Positions 27,613-32,000 of a DNA stretch of 32,000 bases are shown one piece after another. The DNA comes from Bacteroides phage crAss002: the sequence record NC_055828.1, one strand, 5' to 3'. The translations under genes and the position numbers were made by a program. The notes beneath the pieces are model-generated. The model was not told the DNA's origin and searched no databases. It worked only from the letters and a program-made list of their open reading frames with translations. Positions within the stretch are counted from its first letter, which is position 1. Every line of letters starts with the position of its first letter.

Positions 27613-27996
27613 TTATACTAAACGTAAAATAATAACTGCAATAGCTCCTAAAGCAATAAGAGAAGCAATAACAAAACAAACAGTATTATACTGTCTCTTA
27701 GCTTTAAGCTCTTCATAATCTTTATTAGCTTTATCTAACTTAGATTCGAGAAATTTAATGCTGTCTTTAAGAGCTTTATTATTAGCTTCCAATTGATTAT
27801 TAGCAGCACTTAATTTAGAAGACATACTACGAAGAGCTTTATCTTCATTACAAATATTCTCATACATGACCTTATAATGATTAAGACCAGCATCAGACTT
27901 TTCATTAGATTTACGTAGACGAATAACTTCTGTCTTTAATTCGTTAACTGTTGGACGTTTCTTACTAAGAACATCGACTTTTTTCTTTTCATTCAT
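27613..27996 (-). CDS. Coiled-coil tail-anchored membrane protein, 127 aa
   Basis: Heptad-rich central region and C-terminal TM segment YNTVCFVIASLIALGAIAVIILRLV; spanin/anchor-like layout, function unknown. Confidence 0.65.
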   Translation of the reverse strand: MNEKKKVDVLSKKRPTVNELKTEVIRLRKSNEKSDAGLNHYKVMYENICNEDKALRSMSSKLSAANNQLEANNKALKDSIKFLESKLDKANKDYEELKAKRQYNTVCFVIASLIALGAIAVIILRLV

Positions 27997-28012
27997 AACT
28001 ATTAGTATTTAA

Positions 28013-28165
28013 TTAATCTTCAATATGAGTTATATCTAAGTCGAGGTCTATGTTATCCTCGCTTAGAGTATTTCCAGTATTCCAATTATTAGCCATTTCA
28101 CAGTCGAGATAGTCTATATCAGCTACCAAACCACAAATAGGAAATTCTACACCTTCGTCATACAT
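28013..28165 (-). CDS. Small acidic protein, about 50 aa
   Basis: Start likely MYDEGVEFPICGLVADIDYL; acidic C-terminus DNIDLDLDITHIED. Confidence 0.5.
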   Translation of the reverse strand: MYDEGVEFPICGLVADIDYLDCEMANNWNTGNTLSEDNIDLDLDITHIED

Positions 28166-28237
28166 AATCTTAAATTTTGTAATACGGATGCAAGTATAGC
28201 AATAAATAATGGAAATACCAAACAATAATGATAATAT

Positions 28238-29182
28238 TTAATGAGTATTGCTATGAGCTATATCATCTTTGAATCTATCCATTATATCATAAACTGATAT
28301 ATTAGAACAATTCAATAGAGTATTAATAGTATTAGCAGTACGTTGGTCTTTACAAGTAATATTAAAATTATCATAATTGAACTTACGAACAACATTAGGA
28401 CTAGCTTTATGAATATAATAAATATCCATAGCAGAGACATTGAAGTCTACAATATCATTTTCGTATTTATCTAATACGTCTTTAAGAGATATACAATATC
28501 TACAATCACCAATAGCTCTAGCAGCACTAGCAGTATCTTTAAATCGAATAAAGAAACCGGAATCAATAGAATTACGAATAGTTAGCCATTCAAAATCTAG
28601 CTCGTATTCTTTATATGGTTGAACATAAAGTCTCAAATCATAAAGAGCTTGTCTAAAAACTCTTAAAGCATGAGTTCTTTCAGCTAGTAGAGAAGTCTTT
28701 TCTTCTAATCGTTTATTGAGCTTATCAATATCTTCTTTAGCACAGCTTAATTGAGTATTGAGTTCTTCATTAACTTTAACAGTAGCATTAAGAGTATCTT
28801 CAATATTCTCTAACTTAATAAGACTATTAGTTTTCTCTTCAATAATCTTATTTAATTGAGCAATACGTTCTCCACGAAGATTAAGTTCATTATTAAGACC
28901 ATTAATTTGATTACGTAATTCAGTAATTCTATTATCACTATTAACAAGTTGGTTTTCAAGAAACTTAATACGTTCAGTCAACTCATTATTATTAGATTTA
29001 AGAGATTCAATCTCATCACAATCTTTAATAGTATAAGTATTACCTAAATCAGCAAGTTCAAAAATAGAACCAAGTGATTGAAAATCTAAATCAATAATAC
29101 AACCACTAGCTTCAACAATAGTAACTCCATTGGTATGAGATACAAGAGTTATATGCTTTTTATCATTTACAATAGCTTTCAT
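28238..29182 (-). CDS. Long coiled-coil protein, 314 aa
   Basis: Extended heptad region (NNNELTERIKFLENQLVNSDNRITELRNQINGLNNELNLRGERIAQL...), globular C-terminus. Confidence 0.7.
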   Translation of the reverse strand: MKAIVNDKKHITLVSHTNGVTIVEASGCIIDLDFQSLGSIFELADLGNTYTIKDCDEIESLKSNNNELTERIKFLENQLVNSDNRITELRNQINGLNNELNLRGERIAQLNKIIEEKTNSLIKLENIEDTLNATVKVNEELNTQLSCAKEDIDKLNKRLEEKTSLLAERTHALRVFRQALYDLRLYVQPYKEYELDFEWLTIRNSIDSGFFIRFKDTASAARAIGDCRYCISLKDVLDKYENDIVDFNVSAMDIYYIHKASPNVVRKFNYDNFNITCKDQRTANTINTLLNCSNISVYDIMDRFKDDIAHSNTH

Positions 29183-29708
29183 AAATACAAGTATTAATTA
29201 TTAAGAATTTAATTTTAGAAGTAGAATCCATACTATAATAGTATAGTACTATATAGTAGACGAATAAAACTAATAACTATTATATAAGTTATTATAGTTT
29301 GAACTAAAGAACGAATGATAATAACCTTCTTATAAGAAAGGTAATTAAACATTAAATAACATAGGCATATAACTATCCCAATTAAAGATAGAAATATATG
29401 GAACTGATAATCTGTCATGGTGAAGTAATATCAAATAATATTAAGAATATACATAAAGTAGACGCAACTATTATTAAAGCGAATAATGTAGTAAGAAGAG
29501 TAATCTTAGTGTTAATAAGAAACTCACTGCATTTAATAAGTGCGATAATAAATAGTAATGTTAAGACAGTAATATCGTAGTTAGACATAATAGTATAAGT
29601 TAATAAGTGGATAAGATAGAGAGTAAAAGAAGTACAGTAACGTCACTCCTCTATGGGGGAGAAAAGCGAGCTTTGCGAGCGGGACAAGCCAAGCTACACA
29701 ACAATACA

Positions 29709-29735
29709 ATTATTAATAATGGTATTATTAATAAT
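29709..29735. repeat. Hairpin ATTATTAATAAT-GGT-ATTATTAATAAT
   Basis: Each 12 nt arm is itself palindromic; 3 nt loop. Confidence 0.8.
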
Positions 29736-29829
29736 GTTACTTCTGTTATCAGTTGTAATACATAGTATTGTTATTACCGGAATCGCTTGAACTACTATTG
29801 TCAAAGACAATGGTAGTGACGCTCTAACA

Positions 29830-29865
29830 ATAACAACTACGATAACAACTACAATAACAACTACA
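29830..29865. repeat. 3 x 12 bp tandem repeat ATAACAACTACR
   Basis: ATAACAACTACG ATAACAACTACA ATAACAACTACA. Confidence 0.85.
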
Positions 29866-30668
29866 ATAATAGTAAGAACTAAGGCTATTATAACCATATC
29901 TAATAATAGAATTATAAGAATATGATTCAAATTCTAACTCTAGTTTAGGACTAAGGTCGAAGAACTTAGGACTAACAATCAACAACAAGTAGTGCAATAG
30001 TAAGGACTACTAAAGACTATTATAGGGAAATGTTATAGGAAATGTGATGATTAGGATTTAAATCCTAACTATCAATATAATAGCAACAATAATAGAACTA
30101 GGACTATGAGTATGATAGTATCTAATAGTAGGATTATTATAACAACTAATAGTAAGGACTAAGAACTAAAAACTATTATAGAGACTAATATCATTATAAG
30201 TACTATTGATACAATAATAATGTGAACTATTATAAGATAGGATTAAAATCCTAACTCCATAAACGAAATGGTTTAAGTAGTAGTCGTAACATTGTAGGTT
30301 AGAATAGTGAGTTAGAATGAGGGAGTAGAGGTAGGAGAGGGAGTAATCCCACTACTTAACCAACTCATCTCTCTTATCTACATCTTCTAACTATTCTTAC
30401 TCCACTACTATTATCTCACTCTATTATCTACTCTATTATCTAGCTTAACGAGGAGCCTTAGCGACCCTTCCGAGCATTGATGTTGTCAATACTAGTAATA
30501 GTCTTGATACTATTGATATTATTGATACTATTTGTTGTTATTGGTGTGATTGTATGAGCTTGCTCCTATTGTCTACGACAATAGTCACCGAGGGAGGAAT
30601 TTATGCGATATTGTCTGATAGACAATTTCGCCTAATATAATCCTATTACCTATACTTCGCGTGGGCGG

Positions 30669-30776
30669 ACGCACGTGTACCTATTATACGCACGCGTACA
30701 CGCACGTATATAATAAGGTACGCGCGCAAGTGTTGCCCAACTTTTATATATATATATATATTATATATATATATAA
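30669..30776. promoter_or_regulatory. Alternating purine-pyrimidine tract next to (TA)n tract; candidate DNA-unwinding/origin element
   Basis: GTACCTATTATACG (30677-30690) near-inverted with CGTATATAATAAGGTAC (30705-30721), CGCGCGC, then TATATATATATATATA-T-TATATATATATATA (30745-30775). Confidence 0.5.
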
Positions 30777-31057
30777 GCCCACTTTGTTATTTAGAATCCG
30801 TCTAAGAGAAACGTCGTCGAAAGGCGATTTTAGCTTGCTAACTAGTCAAGCTTGGATAATATGTCTGATAATCTTTTAATCTTAGCTTTTAGCTTAGATA
30901 TGTATTCGGTTATATCATTAGGATTAACCATTTGAGTTGTATGATTATTATATATGATTTCAAGAGTATCAGTAGCTATAACATCTATGTTTATTATAGT
31001 TTTCTTTTCATCTATCTTCATAATACTTTTGTTATTTAAATTGGTTTATGATTTTAG

Positions 31058-31107
31058 CTTATCAGTTGATTAGCTTCGCTTATCAGTTGTAGCATTTCGC
31101 TTATCAG
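31058..31107. repeat. Three TTATCAG repeats spaced 21-22 bp
   Basis: TTATCAGTTG (31058), TTATCAGTTG (31080), TTATCAGATG (31101); an inverted copy CTGATAA at 30864. Confidence 0.65.
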
Positions 31108-31232
31108 ATGACTAGTGTCGTTTCCAATCCCGATTAGCTTTGCCGGACGGCTGTGCCCGAAGGCTTTGCCGGACAGCGAGCATAAGTCGAGAGTATTGTC
31201 GAACACGTGCCGAATGGTGTATTCTTAGTTTA

Positions 31233-31256
31233 GTAGGAGAGGTTTCCCTCTCCTAC
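31233..31256 (-). terminator. Strong hairpin downstream of the 31265..31957 gene
   Basis: GTAGGAGAGG (31233-31242) TTTC CCTCTCCTAC (31247-31256), 9 nt from the stop codon; no long T tract. Confidence 0.6.
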
Positions 31257-31264
31257 GTAACTGG

Positions 31265-31957
31265 TTAAGCAGCACCCTCTGCATCAGGCTGATATTTAGC
31301 CAACATGTCAGCCACGAGCATTTCGTCCGCAAGGGACAATGTACGCATACTTAATTCGTACGGGAAATACTCGTAACGGTCGTGTTCATTAACACGTTCT
31401 TCACGAGACATTTTAGCGGCATACGGATTAACGAATACTTCACCTTGCGCAAGCACGTGTCCAAGCACGCTGATACGTGCCTTCTTGAAGATAACGTGTA
31501 GTACTGACAACGGAGCTGTCATAACAGCGTTGGCAAGCATTGGCTCGCCCTGACCTTTGAGAATAGCTGCAAGCTGAATACGAGTAGTAAATATATTACG
31601 AGTCGTAGACTCGACATAAGTACCAGTAGCAGCATCTTTAACAAACTGCGGAATGTTGCGATTAACAACAACAGTAAGAGCACCTGCATAACGATTACTA
31701 TTATCAATGATATTAGTAATCATTAAGCTATCATGATTCTCAAAATCAGGACGGTCAAGCAACAGACGAGTAACATCGTCTGCTTCCTGTCCTTGATACT
31801 CGGATAGGTCAACTATACGAGCATCAGCAGCTTCATCAGCAGCTTCATTAGTAGCATCTGTTTCAGCGTTAGCACTTGCTGCATCAGCAGCTTCTTTTGC
31901 AGCTTTTGCAGCTGCTTCTGCTGCTAATCTAGCAGCATCATTAACTTTAGTTCCCAT
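31265..31957 (-). CDS. Phage protein of unknown function with Ala-rich N-terminus, 230 aa
   Basis: NDAARLAAEAAAKAAKEAADAASANAETDATNEAADEAAD helix followed by a folded-looking domain; higher-GC codon choice suggests strong expression. Confidence 0.8.
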   Translation of the reverse strand: MGTKVNDAARLAAEAAAKAAKEAADAASANAETDATNEAADEAADARIVDLSEYQGQEADDVTRLLLDRPDFENHDSLMITNIIDNSNRYAGALTVVVNRNIPQFVKDAATGTYVESTTRNIFTTRIQLAAILKGQGEPMLANAVMTAPLSVLHVIFKKARISVLGHVLAQGEVFVNPYAAKMSREERVNEHDRYEYFPYELSMRTLSLADEMLVADMLAKYQPDAEGAA

Positions 31958-32000
31958 AATAAAAATGAAATTAAATGTTATAAATCAGTCGGCAACTGTT

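Larger units (their letters stand above)
29190..31260. other. About 2 kb region without convincing long genes; origin/regulatory candidate
   Basis: No good ORF over 60 codons on either strand, many palindromes, short tandem repeats, alternating purine-pyrimidine tracts. Confidence 0.6.

Noticed and set aside
29398-30879. Short ORFs 29398..29580, 29694..29930 and 30661..30879
   Set aside because: Translations are simple-sequence derived (V/I/L runs, YTHAYTHV, YIYIYIIYIYI), so not convincing proteins.
1-32000. tRNA genes
   Set aside because: No convincing cloverleaf with a T-loop GTTCRANNC and acceptor stem was found by eye in the intergenic regions. A tRNAscan-SE run would be decisive.
1-32000. 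Alternative genetic code (TAG or TGA reassignment), known in some crAss-like phages
   Set aside because: The main genes close with TAA or TGA at sensible positions, often as ATGA overlaps with the next start, and the core ORFs are full length under the standard code. A possible TAG stop was seen only for the 50 aa ORF and cannot be tested here.

Overview
This 32 kb window is most consistent with a crAss-like (Crassvirales-type) AT-rich dsDNA phage. A very large + strand ORF, truncated at the left edge and probably a giant virion or transcription-associated protein, converges at about 4.0-4.4 kb on a nearly continuous - strand block of replication, nucleotide-metabolism and small accessory genes (4.4-29.2 kb). 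Recognisable products are a dUTPase, an N4 gp49/Sf6 gp66-family protein, a DUF932/TIGR03299-like protein, a Gp157-like protein, an ATP-dependent DNA ligase, a DnaG-type primase with Toprim, an SSB-like protein ending in GLPF, a family B DNA polymerase with an exonuclease domain, a Dda/RecD-like SF1 helicase, a possible diverged SF2 helicase, and three free-standing NUMOD4/HNH homing-type endonucleases. About 2 kb (29.2-31.3 kb) is non-coding and rich in palindromes and simple repeats; it is an origin or regulatory candidate. The main unexplained observations are: (1) an ~16 bp element, CTCCTYTAYGGGGGAA, in at least 11 copies in both orientations, six or more of them inside coding genes, one pair forming a perfect 19 bp-arm hairpin and three linked to a second GC-rich module; (2) a cluster at 26.6-27.5 kb where a conserved TCTCACGA-type core sits in loops closed by non-conserved but complementary stems; (3) an origin-like region with adjacent alternating GC and AT tracts; (4) several small proteins absent from the supplied ORF track, including a 50 aa zinc ribbon. 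No complete novel defence or mobile system could be supported. All family assignments come from reading motifs by eye; no database search was run.
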